64,000 nt of DNA from Fimicolochytrium jonesii (taxonomy: Eukaryota): the NCBI RefSeq assembly GCF_025526975.1, contig NW_026515696.1, positions 124,001-188,000 on the forward strand. Reading direction: 5' to 3'. The notes under the pieces were generated by a model that worked only from the letters and a program-made list of their open reading frames with translations, had not been told where the DNA came from and made no database searches. This document shows positions 1 through 12,750 of this stretch, piece by piece (position 1 is the first letter of the stretch; each line of letters starts with the position of its first letter). Both the position numbers and the translations under genes were made by a program.

Positions 1-352
1 TGATGGCCTTCACTGCCCTCTGTTTTGACTTGCTGAATGATCTCACGCATCTGGTCTGGACGAGGAACGTATTGTATGGACGAGGAGGAGGTTGGATTTC
101 ATCAGCAAGCCGACCTCTATTGCGTCGTTGTCGCAGCCCTTCTCGAAATGGGTTCCGTCGCCACCTACTCGTTCATAAATGTCGGGCTCAATGTCATATA
201 GATCTCGAGCACCTTTGATGTATGTTTATCATGCACATTGTATCGATCGATTGATGGTTATTACAGGTTGTAAACAAAGATAGAGAGCATTAGGGATCCT
301 ATCATACATGGCACCGTCGGGAACTAGAATCTGCTTGCAAGACCATGATGCC

Positions 353-1645
353 TCAAGCGACCTGGATGCGATCGTTCTCAGTCGGGCAGTAAATTTGCAC
401 CGCCTTGCCGGCGTCCATGGGAGTGACCTTGCTCCTGGAATCCAGGAAGAGATTGTTCCAGACGAACTTGGCGACGTAGGCGTGGGCGACCGCGCTGGGG
501 TGGAAGCAGTCGAGGTCGGAGATGTAGTTTTTGGGGAACTTGCGCTGATGGAACAAGAACTAAAGTGTGAGTCGATGATGCTTACCTTTATCCTTCTTTC
601 TGGCATCACTCACCAAGTCAGCGGCACCGACGCCAGGGTCCATAATCACGGCAAAGTCGTTGTACTTGTTCTTATAGTCGGCCACAATCTTGACCAGCTG
701 CGCGTTCCACACATCGATCTGGTCGTCCATAATCTTGCGGGTGTGCACACCGAGCAGAGTGTCCCCCAACGATAGAGCGCATGTGCATTCCAGATGCAAC
801 CCAGCGATTCGCAGGCCTATGCAGTGCGGGTCCCTTTTCGTGAGCTCCCAGATCTGCGAAACTTTGAACAGCGAGATGACGTTGACGATAGTTCTAGGAA
901 TGTTCTTGCGGACTTTCTCAAGCACATTTCGGATGTAAGCATCGTACTGCTGTGATGTGGTCGGCGTCGTGCATGATCCACAGACGTCGTTGGCGCCGAT
1001 GAGGAGGTTGAGGTATTTCCAATCGTTCTGGAGGTCGACGTTCTTGTTGTTCCTGGTGATATCAATCAAGTGATTGACTTCCTTATCGAGGTTCTCGAAC
1101 TTGGCGCCAGACAGCGCGACGTTGAGCACGTCTTGGGGGCTCCATTCGAAAACGGGGCACAACTGGCCGTAGCACACTTCAACGAGGTGGTTGCCGTAGC
1201 TTCCGCCGTACGCTTTGTTGTTGAAGTGCTTGGCGAAGTTGAAGACGGAGACGGCGCCGGCGTCGGAGCCGGAGGCAAAGGAAATGCCGCGGTTTTCGTC
1301 GAGTTGGGTGAACGGAACTCCCCAGTTCGAGCCGCGGGCGCCGAAAGCGGCGGTGATGCTGTCTCCCAAGGCCATGACGACTTTGATGTCGTCGATTCGT
1401 ACGTCTACGGAAAATTGAATGCGTGAGTAAGGTTCGTGAACTTCCCGCACAACGATTGAGTACACACCAGAAATGTTTGCAGGCGGTGCGGCGCGCGGCG
1501 CGAGCATCGGGCATTGGGACACATCATCGACAAACGTTCCAGCGTTGGCGAGAGCGAGGGGCGCCGGTGCGGCGGCGACGCCAGTGACCAGCAGCATGGC
1601 GGCCGAAGCAGCAGCGAAGGAGCGGATGTTTGAGGACGAGAACAT
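353..1645 (-). CDS. Secreted phospholipase B1-like SGNH/GDSL hydrolase, 3 exons (introns ~1405-1467 and ~560-613)
   Basis: Signal peptide; block I ALGDSIT; LNVALSGAK; block III LIGANDVC; block V DCFHPS in last exon; GT-AG introns join ORFs 560..1645 and 353..556. Confidence 0.9.
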
Positions 1646-3129
1646 CTTGTCGTGAAGCGTCTAGGTGATTGTCGAGGGAATGAACAACAATGAGAGATTT
1701 CTAGTACGACCAGGGACCTGCCCAATGGTGCGGATGGAAGGGGTTACAATTTTATGAGGGAGAAGCGGAATGGATTGATGGTGAAGAGAAAGGGAGCATG
1801 CATCGCCGTCGTCTTTTATAGTGCGACGAGGTCGTTTCCTAGACTACACACGCTACACTACACTACACTCCGTGAGCAGCACGAGACGCGGGGTTTCAAC
1901 GGGGGCCCGCGGACGTCCATCGCAGATGCATTCGGGTCTGATCGCTTACAGGGGATCATAGTCCGTCTATGGTAACCCAGTAATGCCGCTGACCCGCCGT
2001 TGGGAAGAAAGCTCGCCGGCTAGCTAGGGGTCGTCTACTCCAACCGGACATGGCGACATCCCTCTACGCGCCGATGCTGCACAAATGCTTTCTGACGCTG
2101 GCAACCTTGTCATGAGATGAAGGGATTTTCTTCAACAGGAACAGGTTACCAGCGCCGGGGCCTTCATGCTCCACCGATGCTCGAATGTTACCGCTGGCTT
2201 TCGGCCACGGTCGAGCTTTCATGCTCGTTGCGCATGCGAACTCCGCGGCCGCACCTGCAAAGTGCTTCCACGCATGAGCAGCGTCGGCAAAGACTTAGGA
2301 ACTTTTGATGCCCGCAATGCCGCGCGGCCGGCCCGTCTAGCCGCAAATGCACAATCGCAGATGACCTGTCCCTTTTTGTGTGTGCATTTTCTTCGAGCCG
2401 CGGAAGTGGTGACAGAAAGAGCAAGAACAGAAAGCCCTCGCCCACATCATCCCCTGTTGCGACACCCCACATGTGCTGGGATGCACATGCAAACAAGGGG
2501 AATCAAGCGCAAATCGCCTCGCGTGAGGGTGTTGGTAAGTCCCGGGTAAACCATCTCTTAAAAGCGGCATGAGATGAACAGAGGCTTCATGCTACGAGAA
2601 TCCCGACGGACCCTGTACAGGGCAAGTTGCGACGTCAGAGAATGCTCCTCCAAAGGCGCGCAAATTGCACACATACCCAAAAACCTGTGGTCGTCCGAGT
2701 CTCCCGATCACTTTCAAAATCAATCCGCTGTTTACTTGCCCTGCCTGCAGTGTACATACATCCATGCCTACACGAAGCCTGAAGGTCAAGCTGTGGCAAA
2801 AGGGGAGCCATTTGGCATTTTGTGCAAGCCCACGCGTCGGCCTTCGTCTGACGTGGACCACCGTCCCGCTCGCCCGACGCCCTAGCGAGTCAAGATCTTG
2901 ACCGACCACAACAAGGGGGCAGCTTGCGCTCGTGACGGCTAGCAACTATGTAGGTAGGCGGGAAGGTACATACAGTAGGTCTACTAGGTCCATCCAAACT
3001 CACCCTTCCGACGGGCCTCGATGAATGTATTTCGCTCCTGACAGTGAAAGAACGCTTATCACGTGACTATGGCTTAATTAAATGGGCGCCGCGCTTACGT
3101 ACAGCGCGTCGAACCTTTCGGGAACACCG

Positions 3130-4330
3130 ACGGGACAAACGGATGCGTAAGTAAACGGGCGAGCTCATTCGCGTCCAGGAACGGTGGGCGCCGGCGCTCA
3201 TTCAACGCCACTTTCCCGAGTTCTCCTTCGCCGATCTTCAACGGACCATTCGACGTCAGAAGTTCGACCGTCTCGTCTCCAACAACATCCTCGAAGCAAT
3301 AGCGCAAGTCCGCACCGTCGACATCCTTCGCGAGCGACATGGTTTCGATTTCTTGAGTGCGCACGTTATCCACATGACGGACAACATGCCAACAATGTTC
3401 TGCTTCAACAATGGCGGCGGCCACACGGACCACCTTTTGCAGGTCATTGAGCATCTTCTCCTTCGCTATCGGCATCAGAACACATGGTGGCAGGCGTTCC
3501 ACATTCCCGGCAAAGAAAGCGTGATAGCGGACCTCGACTCTCATCAACAGAACGATCGGAACGACTACCAGCTCAGCCCGCGAATCCTTCGGCAGATTCA
3601 AGGTCGATGGACGTTGAATCACACAATGGAGTTTTTCGCGACGGGCACGAACCCCAATCCTCGCATTCCGAACGACTGAACGCTCGATCCACGCGACCCA
3701 CAAGCCTTCGCCACAGATATCATGGAATCATCACCTCTGCTACGTACCGCCGTGGCTGCTCATTACAAGCATTGCCCGCAAAATCTTCGACGAGGAAGTG
3801 CACACCCTGACCCTCATAACACCTTTCTGGCCGTCGCACGCAGCCTTCCCACTCCTCCTTCGTCTCTCAATCGCCAACCCAATACCGATTCCATCCAAAC
3901 CAAAGGTATTCCAAGCCCAGAGCAGGCTTCCGCATGACGGTCACAATCGCATGGCGGTTATCCGGTATTATAGCGCACAACAAGGCCTATCGCAGGCGGC
4001 TATCGACAGTACGCTCCAGTCCCTCGCGAACAACACAAACCACAACTCCGTCTGGCGGAGCTACGTACGCTGGTGTCCATAACAGCACATTGATCCCGTT
4101 CGCGCCGGCCATTCATCGGTTCTAAACTTCCTCACCGACGTTCACTCCGAGAAAGCGTCTCGCCGTCAGAACACTGCAAGGTTACCGTATGGCTATCGCG
4201 AACACGCTGCAAAACATTACCGGCGACGAAACACTTATCAGCACCTCGCCCGACATACTACGTTTCCTTCAAAGGTCTCGCACGCTCGACCAAGCCCACC
4301 AAAAAGGCGTACAAAACCATCGCTCGCCGC
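3130..4330 (+). mobile_element. Degenerate DIRS-type (tyrosine recombinase) retrotransposon fragment: RNase H, methyltransferase-like domain, start of recombinase
   Basis: QTDA..., NNILEAIA, HMTDNM..FNNGGG, HIPGKESVIADLDS (DIRS RNase H); DYQLSP..FFATGTN and LITPFWP (MT-like); SLANNTNHNSVWRSYVRWC..VLNFL..GYRMAI (recombinase N-terminus); frameshifts and stops. Confidence 0.8.
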
Positions 4331-4536
4331 CCGCGATGGAATCATCGGCGATAGATTTTTTTCGCGTCTCAGAAGCATAGACTTCTAGACATCGGCAAGT
4401 TGTCTACAGCAGCGGACGCCGGTATGCCTTCATTTGCTAGAATGAAAGGTTAATTTTGCGAATCTGCGCCATCAGACATCGTTCTATTTTACTAATGTCT
4501 AGGTAAGCTCTAAGCGATCTAGTGCTTCTAGTCACT

Positions 4537-5030
4537 CTACGCCTCGCCGTTCAGGCTACTGTCGCACATAACAACCGCACAACAAAGGAAATCCCATCCT
4601 GCTATCCTCTCAAACCACCAGACAAGGTGGTAGGCAACGTGTTCTGGGAATCGTCCTGACCCATGAGCCATACTGGCGTACATTGCGCCCTTCATTCCCC
4701 GTTGCTTGACCTGCTCCACCTTGTACTTGACAGCATCCACCGAGTCAAACGACACAAAGGTCCTGTCCTGAGCACTGTACGCCGCGCTCGCCTTCGCCTC
4801 GTCATCCCAGTATGTCTTCCAAGCAGGATTGCCGACAATCTCTGCATAAGAGAGGATGCCCTGCTCGTTGTACGCATTTCCACTGTGAGATTGGTAGAGA
4901 CCGGGCTTGGACGCTTTGACTTGTTGCAAGAGGGACTGAAACTGGCCGCGTGCGCCCGTGGGAACATTAGGTTAACTTCTGGCGCGCGTTGTGGTCGTAA
5001 GCCGTCGAGACTCAATTGATCAAGCGTCAA
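4537..5030 (-). pseudogene. C-terminal fragment of a GH18 chitinase
   Basis: GILSYAEI..YWDDEAKA..FVSFDSVDAVKYKVEQVKQRGMKGAM is the typical GH18 C-terminal part; no DxxDxDxE catalytic region seen upstream. Confidence 0.75.
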
Positions 5031-5299
5031 AGACTCTCAGACTCCTGGTTACCGTGGGATCGGCCGCCGATCGGCGTGAAACTTTAAATTTACTGTATTC
5101 GGTGGGCAGGGAAGGGAGGAGTCCGTGGGCTCCAGTATGGCAAAAATGGGCCGCTGCCAGTAACTGTACAGTACATATATATACCCTCTCGTTCGTTGTG
5201 AAGGTCAAGGCAACCCCCAGCTGGCAGCTTGATCAATAAGACACGACGATAGGCGTTCGTCGAACCCCAGCCGCTGAGCGCCGTCGCCACATCTCCGAC

Positions 5300-6168
5300 A
5301 TGGACCATCCACCTCACCACGCTTTATACCCAACAGCTATGCCAGCACCCCACCCGCAAGCCTTTCCAACATTTCCAAAAGCTATGCCAACACCCCACCG
5401 GCCATCCTTTCCAACGTTGCTCAAGATCGCTTACAACCCCCACAATACTACAAGAGACGGCTTGTATCTCGTCGACGAGCAATATTACCCCCTGTACGTT
5501 TTTGGTGAGGTCGAACTTCCCGGCAAGTGGGCGCCTATATGGAGAATGAGCAAAATCGTCGATGCGTATGACTGGGGACAGGGCAAACAATTCCTTGCCA
5601 AGATGCCGCCGGAAGGAGCCACAAAGCCGTTGTACGACCTGAGGCCGCAAAAGGGGTGGGATATGTTCAAGGTGGGATGGGTGTTCAAGGATGTTTCGAC
5701 CGGGGAGAAGATGGAGTTTGTCGCGGACAAGGAAGCTAACTTTGGGGTATGCTATTGCAAAACGTGTTGCGGTCGGACGAGGCAGCGTTGCATCGGATCT
5801 GACTTGCTTTCTTCTCTCACCGTATTCAGCGTGTTCAGCCCTTGAGCGTACCTTTCAAACTCAAAGACGGCTCGCAATGGCATCTGCAAGAATCTTACAA
5901 CCAGGCGGAAGCACGTTTCACCATATCGTGTCGACATCCGAAGGACGGCAGCTTGACCCCGGTCATTCAAATGCATAAGAATTTTGGATACGCCATCCAT
6001 AAGGGCAGCACCTGGGGAACCTTGACGGTAATGAGACCGGAATGGATACCCTCGATGGAGGCTTACGATCTTCTGGTGTTGTCGGGTCTTTACTCTATGG
6101 ATACAGATGTTCCCCACAATTTGACTGCGTGGATTCCGTCGCTGGAAGCGGCCATCGGAAATCGGTAA
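5300..6168 (+). CDS. Hypothetical protein, 2 exons (intron ~5747-5830)
   Basis: ORFs 5300..5845 and 5842..6168 look protein-like and are joinable via a GTATGC donor and CAG acceptor; no family recognised. Confidence 0.55.
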
Positions 6169-7536
6169 AAGACGCAATGTCGGTTGACTGTATCATAAAA
6201 TAGCCTAGAAGCCATAGACCTACAGTAGCACTTGTACCGAGTTTACGGACTGACCAAGGGATTTTTGGGGGCAAAGTTGTCCAGTGATCCCTTTCGATGC
6301 CGGTCGGTTTGCGCTAGTTTCCATCGTCCTCACGGTAGCGAAGGCAGCCGCCGTAGAATCCGCGGTTGATTGCTCTTCTCCCGCCGGGTGCGCCGGTCTA
6401 CTTCTCAGCATCGGCAGGCCCATGTGTGTCCTATCGTGCGTTCTCATGGGCAGCCACCAGTCCCTGGCGCATCGACTCAGTAGTTGCCCCGCTGCCGCGC
6501 GCCTGCGCAAGCTTCCGGCCGTCTTTCCCTTCTTGACGCCTCCTATCGGCGTCGGCGGTGCATGAGTCGTTCTGTCGTGCATTTCCTTCCTCTCTGACGG
6601 CGTCCTCTCATCCACAAGCCTCGTTCTCCGAGGTGCGTAGCAGGTTCTGCCGTGCATTATCTTGCACTCTCGACGCATCCACCTCCTCCACTTCTTCACA
6701 CGCTTTTGATCGGCGACAGCTTTCCTCTCGGCATATGGGGTAGCTCCTTCCTCGCCCACGCGCCTCTGAATTTCCGCGGTCTGTTTCTGACGCAAAAGCT
6801 ATATAGCAGGCAGCCGAAGCTCCGTTTCGAAGGAGGAGTTGACGCTGGCCACTCGTGTTTCAGGGAATTGCTTCGCCAGCACGAGTACCCACTGTCCTTG
6901 GCGCCCACTGCGCTGCCCCGACTTCTCGCTTCCTCCATCTGGGAGAGGAAGTGATATTGAGAAGGATTTAGTTGGCCAAGTGAACGACATCAATCCGCAG
7001 TCGTGCGTTGTTTACTTACATCCATCGCATCGAGCAAGTCCAATCTTTGCGAAACCCAGGAGACTTGCAACAGCTTCACAGCAGGCATGCCTTACATCTG
7101 AACGTCCGGCCGGACGCATTGTAACATCATTCTCCTTGCACTGTTGAAATGGGCCCACGATGTCCGCACAAAATCGAAAAACGGTGTGGTTCATTTTCCA
7201 AGACTTATCCGTGCACAGCCCAAAGTTCCCTGACGGTTCCATGGATGCTTCTACATGCCAAACACATCGTATGCTACGGCCACGGTGATCAGCCAATCCC
7301 TGCCGGATGTCTCAGCCACGGTCCGACATTTCTGAAGTCTTCTCTAGCCAGGGCTCAGGCGCGCAAACCGAATCGGAATGATTTTCCCAAGCCCGTGGAT
7401 CGGGAGGATCTGCATTGAAAACTTTAAAAACTCAGACCATTTCAGTGGGTCCCTACATCTTGGGAAACCCACCCACTCGACCGAAGCCGGGACGAAAGCT
7501 CACGATTCCGAAGTTTGACAAGGGCAATCAAAAAGA

Positions 7537-9123
7537 ATGGATAAGCTTCGGATACCAGTCGGTGCTATCCTGCTTGCCCTGATTTTGGTGACCACCGGCG
7601 TGGTCGTGGCGCCGCTCTGCGTCTACTTGTTCTCTGGAACGGCTTCCGCCGGTGACGTCGTCATCGGCGTCGTGCGCCGCGATATCGAAAGGAGCCTCGC
7701 CAGCAACGTCATCAGCTTCAGTTCCAACTGCCTCAATGTCATTCATGACCTGGAGCACGGCACGGCCACAGGAAGCTACATGGATCGGTTCTTGGCGAAT
7801 CGATCCAGCCGTATGAACGACCCGCAGTATGATCAGGAGGTCAAGCTCGAAGTTATGCATATCGCCATGCGAAACAATGCCGCTGCAGGGTTTCTGGTCA
7901 ATCGTGACACGATATGGGGCGAGACCGTCTTCTGCGGGGGAAACAACACACTTGCGCGGTTCTGCGATTATCCCATCAACGAAACCGTTCAAATCTGTGA
8001 CAACGGTTCTGGGATGATCGTAGGCACTGGGCTAGATGAGCGCGTCACGCTCGACGTGCTGGTCTCCATCCCGACGAACCCACAGGCGTCGAGAAACGAC
8101 GTGCCGGCAACCCCCAAAGTCAGATGGAAATCACCAAACTGGTTTGTCTGGCACAGCAACGACGGCAACAAGGCAAACGTTAAAGTGGAGGCGGGTTTGG
8201 CGTGCCAAAAAGCCCTCTGGTTAACCAAGCCCCCTCCGAAAGCCCCACCCTACACGCAGAATTATGATTTTCTCTTGGTTGGGGTGTTGGACATCAAGCC
8301 GCTGGTTTCTATGTTGAGAGCGGTGCAGGCAACGCCGAACACAATCATCGCAATGATTGACTATCGTGGTAGGACGTTGGCTACGAATCGATTAGACTTG
8401 GGACTGAATGAAGCAGGCGACGGCCCCGCGTTGATATCCTCCATCGGAAGCGTGCCGCTGCAGACGATCAGCAACGCCACGATCGCCCGCTATTCCAACT
8501 GGACGAACATCCCGAGCGCCGTAGAATTTGCCGTGAAAGTCGAAGGCGAGAAATACTGGGCTGCCCTGCGTTCAATCAAGGACGATTACGGCTTTGAGAT
8601 CATCTTATGCATGGGCATACCACAGTCCGACCTCTTGCGCCCTTTGATCCAAGCCAGGAACGCTGCGATCAAGTCCGTCTGTATCACCGGCGCATGCATG
8701 GTCGCCATCGTCGCGCTGGTGAGCTACCTCGTGACGCTGCCTCTGAAGCGGCTTTCAAGCGCCATGCGAAAGGCCAATCAGTTCGACTTCTCCGCCCTCC
8801 GTAAAGTGCCTCACATCCACCGGTGGGGATTCAAAGAAGCCGCCGAGACCGAGACCGCTTTCTACACCATGGTACGAAAGTTTGCGAACGAAATTGACGA
8901 ACACAAAGCGTTCATGGCCGGGCAACGGCGCTTGTCGCTTGGGCCTATTCGTGAAATACAGCCGCGGGGATCATCGGGAACTACTGGCCCGTCCACTGGC
9001 TCGCCCCTGTCGCCCCTCGGGTATCCACCTGTCAGTTCGCCTCCAGATACAGGTTCCCCCGTCGGAGACACCAAGGGAGGAACGGACGATCCGAGCGCTG
9101 CGTTGCTTGCGTTGCGGCCGTAG
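7537..9123 (+). CDS. Intronless two-TM membrane protein with extracytoplasmic Cache-like region and HAMP-like linker; no catalytic output domain
   Basis: TM1 near N-terminus; TPNTIIAMIDYRGRTLAT and KYWAALRSIKDDYGFEIILCMGIPQSDLL resemble the membrane-proximal Cache/PAS-like subdomain; TM2 followed by VTLPLKRLSSAM...EAAETETAFYTMV (HAMP-like); then only a low-complexity tail. Confidence 0.7.
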   Translation: MDKLRIPVGAILLALILVTTGVVVAPLCVYLFSGTASAGDVVIGVVRRDIERSLASNVISFSSNCLNVIHDLEHGTATGSYMDRFLANRSSRMNDPQYDQEVKLEVMHIAMRNNAAAGFLVNRDTIWGETVFCGGNNTLARFCDYPINETVQICDNGSGMIVGTGLDERVTLDVLVSIPTNPQASRNDVPATPKVRWKSPNWFVWHSNDGNKANVKVEAGLACQKALWLTKPPPKAPPYTQNYDFLLVGVLDIKPLVSMLRAVQATPNTIIAMIDYRGRTLATNRLDLGLNEAGDGPALISSIGSVPLQTISNATIARYSNWTNIPSAVEFAVKVEGEKYWAALRSIKDDYGFEIILCMGIPQSDLLRPLIQARNAAIKSVCITGACMVAIVALVSYLVTLPLKRLSSAMRKANQFDFSALRKVPHIHRWGFKEAAETETAFYTMVRKFANEIDEHKAFMAGQRRLSLGPIREIQPRGSSGTTGPSTGSPLSPLGYPPVSSPPDTGSPVGDTKGGTDDPSAALLALRP

Positions 9124-10204
9124 CGCTTTCTTCCTTGCGGTATCAAGATTCGAATGCCGCTCGGGGTTTTCGCCATCATTTCGGCAGTAAAGCCCGATTC
9201 ATATAGGCAACCGACAGCTAGAGGGACGCCCACATCCTTTTAAACAGCCGGCGTTTGAATGTCGCGTATGTACAAATGGACTCTTTATACAGTACCAAGT
9301 AGTGTATGCATTCACAACGCTTCGTCGGAACGGCGGAAATCGGAGTTTTTCAATGTATTCATTTCTTCCGTCAACAAGTTGAGAAGGCTTGCAGTCTAAT
9401 ACATGATCCAGGTGACATTTATACAGGGAGGGGGTGGGGTGAAAAGCTTCGCGAACACCGGAAGCTGAAGAACACACCAAAAGGGAGGAGGCGGGTTATG
9501 AAGATGATGTATTGAGGCGCCGGACCACAGTATTTACCTACCATCGCAGTATGCGTCTCGCATCCATGTACAGTGCCGTTCATAAAGCAAGGCCGCTGTC
9601 AATTTAATTCACCGGCCCCCTGGACGCGCCTCTCCATATAGATAGATCTACGCCTAGTATCTAGTGAATCCTCCTCTAGCTGCTATGACTGCACTGTGCG
9701 AGAGCCACAATGGTGCTTCTCCGAGCAAAGCTGAGGGGTCTGGGCATAATGCCCAGCCAGATGGCGAGAATGTGTTGTGCATGCATTTCCAATCTCGACG
9801 CTCGGGTTGTCCGGAGCGTCCGGCCGGCGACGACGCGGTCGAGCACTTCTCTGACGCCACTGTCAAGTGCGGCCTTGCTTTATGAACATCCATGTAGTTA
9901 TGCTGGTAGAGAATTGTCGTGGTACAAGAATGAGGGCCCTAAGTGAAGTCAAAAGAATGAGCATTTCCTTTCGGGCGTGCCGGTGCAACCCAGTCGCAGA
10001 CAAATACGATACTTTTCTGCATGAACTTCCACGTGTGATTTGAGGCTGCTCGGCAGATGAAAGAATTTACGAAGAAAACATTTGGAATCAGTACGCAAAT
10101 CGTCAGGATCTTTATCGAATACCATGAACTGTAACGTACCATGTGCTTTCAATTTGGAAGTCCGGTGCAAGGACTGAGGGAGAGGTTGCAGGGGAGTATC
10201 ATCA

Positions 10205-10390
10205 GCACATGACAGCCTAATATTAGGCCCGTAGAGATGTGAGGCACATGACAGCCTCTAAGAGGCCCGTAGACTCAAACAGCACATGACAGCCTAGGGA
10301 GGCCCGTAGATGTTGTCGGCACATGGCAGCCAAAAGAGGCCCGTAGACGACTGCGGCACATGACAGCCATAAGAGGCCCGTAGACGCTAC
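10205..10390. repeat. Five imperfect ~37-39 bp tandem repeats
   Basis: GCACATGACAGCC-N4-7-AGGCCCGTAGA-N8-9 repeated 5 times; partial unit near 10430. Confidence 0.9.
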
Positions 10391-12239
10391 CCGTTGCACG
10401 CTGCAATGCTCTCTCCATCCCGTACATGTTGTCGGCACATGAAAACGTACTGTGGGAAATGTAACCAAAGCAGAAAGTATAAGCATCAAATTGATTATTG
10501 GAAAACCGGGAGATCAATTTGTGACAAAACAACGAGACCCATTGTGGTTTGTATGGTCAAAGCTATATGCGAACCACTTGGGCTGGCTGGCGTTGATAGC
10601 CGCGGAGTGATCGGTTTCAAAAGGCTCCTTGTGCTTTGCACAGATGACAAGGCTGCAAAGAGGTGACAAAATCAGTGACCAGAATGCCAGTAGCACTCCA
10701 CGATAGCAAAAAAGGACCTACCATCTGCTGTGGCCTTCCTCGCCTTGAGCTTGGCTCAATGAGCCGCGTGGTGTTCGGCTTCAGGGGGTTCAGCATGCTT
10801 GATATGAGAGAAGATCGCATAAAAGGTGAAGAAGTTGTATTCAAAATGCCAGTATCAATCTACAATAGCAGAGAGTAGGAACGTACCGTATGCGTTGTAT
10901 GTACGCACCAGTCAGCTCTGGTAAAGTCATCTCGGTCCGTAAATTGCGTGAAAGCCTGTAGAGCCTAGTCAGTTCAGTGCTTGGTGCTGGCTCAAGAGGA
11001 TGTGACGATGGGCAGACACGCTGAACTTCGATCTGTGGTTGGGGAGAGAGTGCTTACCATCAGTCAGGTTGCTGCGTCGATGAGTGCTAGATCTAGATCT
11101 AGAACTGCGGATTCTCGCCGCGTCCTTTTATACTCCTCTCTCGATGGACTGACTGCTTGGCAATCTCCCCTGAAGTTGCTTACGTACAGTTCGTCCATTA
11201 ACGCGCTTCATGCTGCGCAAGTCCTGCACGCGCGACTGCATGCGGGATTCCCTGGATTCGCTCTTCCCTCACGCGTGAACCTTCGAAATTCCCAAAATCC
11301 AAGACGCGACGCGTTCTCGTTCTGAGCGCGCACAGACGCGTCCTAGACTGTCGACTCTCTCAAGGGCATCCATCCAATCGCGTCCACATCCGCAAGATCG
11401 AGCAATGTCAACTCATGACAGGGGGCATGAACACCCTCAACAACAACAACTCCAACGACAACATGATCAGCAAGCTGGGTCGCGAACACCGATAGGGGCA
11501 AGCCCGGCGCCTTCTCCTCTCCATACCCCAACCAAAGTCCAAGGCCGCAGCTTAACGCCTGCCGAGGCGGCCGGCCGGCCTCGGGTCCGGATGGCATCCT
11601 TCTGGATGTGTGACGATTTTATCTCCATGCATGACGATATCCTGACCAAAGAAGAGCCTCAGGAATTTGCAGCATGGCGTGTTAAGGCCAATCCGAGGGT
11701 AGTATCTCTGTTTGAGCTTAGATTTCGTTTCCTGCCGTATAGACCGTCCTCTTATGCATGCGTTGCAGACTTCCGAGCATCGCATCCCGGACTGGGACAC
11801 CGCCGATTGTCTTTTTTTCCTCTCATGGAGCGTCTCTCACCTCGTCCATCAAGAGTTTTCCCTTTTCTGTGGTCCGATGAAGATGAATCCTGGGTATGTC
11901 CATTGATCCAAGCAAAGCAAGACGTATGGTGCCGCTGATCAGCGTCTCGCGTGAGCAGGCCTTTCATTGACGGGAAAATTCGCTTCGCATGACCACCACG
12001 GTGCGGTGCCCGTGCCTGGTACCACCAGATACACTGATCTGGATGTGATCCAAATCATCAAAGACGCGGGGCAGTTGGCGGATGCTGCTTGGTGACGAAA
12101 ACGCGGAGATCCGGAAACTCGAGGATGAGTGGCGGAAGCTCGTGTGCCCGTGATGCAAACGGTAAGTGTGGTCCATTGCATGTATATCCGGTTGGCGTTT
12201 CTGATTGACTCTCCGTCGTAAGATGGTGAGAACGAACGA

Positions 12240-12569
12240 GTGACGCGGATGGAAGCCGAGGCCAAGGAGCTGCGTGCGCAACTGGCTTTAGAGGAGATCA
12301 AGCAGCAGCTGGCGGTGGCTCGCCAGAAAACTGCTGAGGCGGAGAAGAAGGAGGCGGAGATATTGAGAGATAGAGCCGTGGCGTTGAAGGCGCGTGCTGA
12401 AGCGGAAGATAGTGTGCGGGAACGAGAAGGACGAAAGAAGGAAAAAATCAGGCGCGAGAACGATGAGAATGTGGGGCCCCACGACGACCGCCACAACAAA
12501 CACGATCGGAGACGGCGGGATCGCAGCTACGACGATCTCAGGCGGCACAAGTCCCGGCGCGCCAAATAG
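12240..12569 (+). CDS. Possible coiled-coil/charged protein exon (hypothetical)
   Basis: E/K/R-rich heptad-like ORF; a GTAAGT donor at ~12162 suggests an upstream exon; gene model unresolved. Confidence 0.3.
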   Translation: MTRMEAEAKELRAQLALEEIKQQLAVARQKTAEAEKKEAEILRDRAVALKARAEAEDSVREREGRKKEKIRRENDENVGPHDDRHNKHDRRRRDRSYDDLRRHKSRRAK

Positions 12570-12585
12570 ACGGCTCGGTCCACGT

Positions 12586-12750
12586 TTAGAGTTTGCGGTG
12601 GGGTTAGAGTTTGTGGGGTTCGAGTTTGCGTCGGAGTTGGGGTTTGCGGTGGGGTTCGAGTTTGCGTCGGAGTCAGAGTTTGCGGTGGGGTTAGAGTTTG
12701 CGTCGGAGTTGGAGTTGGCGGTGGGGTTAGAGTTTGCGGTGGAGTTAGAG
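12586..12750. repeat. Degenerate 18-bp minisatellite (GAGTTTGCGGTGGGGTTA-like)
   Basis: About 9 visible units; reads NSNPTA/NSDA repeats on the minus strand. Confidence 0.9.

Noticed and set aside
6284..6954. LINE C-terminal zinc-finger remnant
   Set aside because: Only a weak H-x4-C resemblance (HRLSSCP); no RT motifs
10205..10390. CRISPR array
   Set aside because: Variable parts are only 4-9 nt, the context is eukaryotic and no cas genes are present
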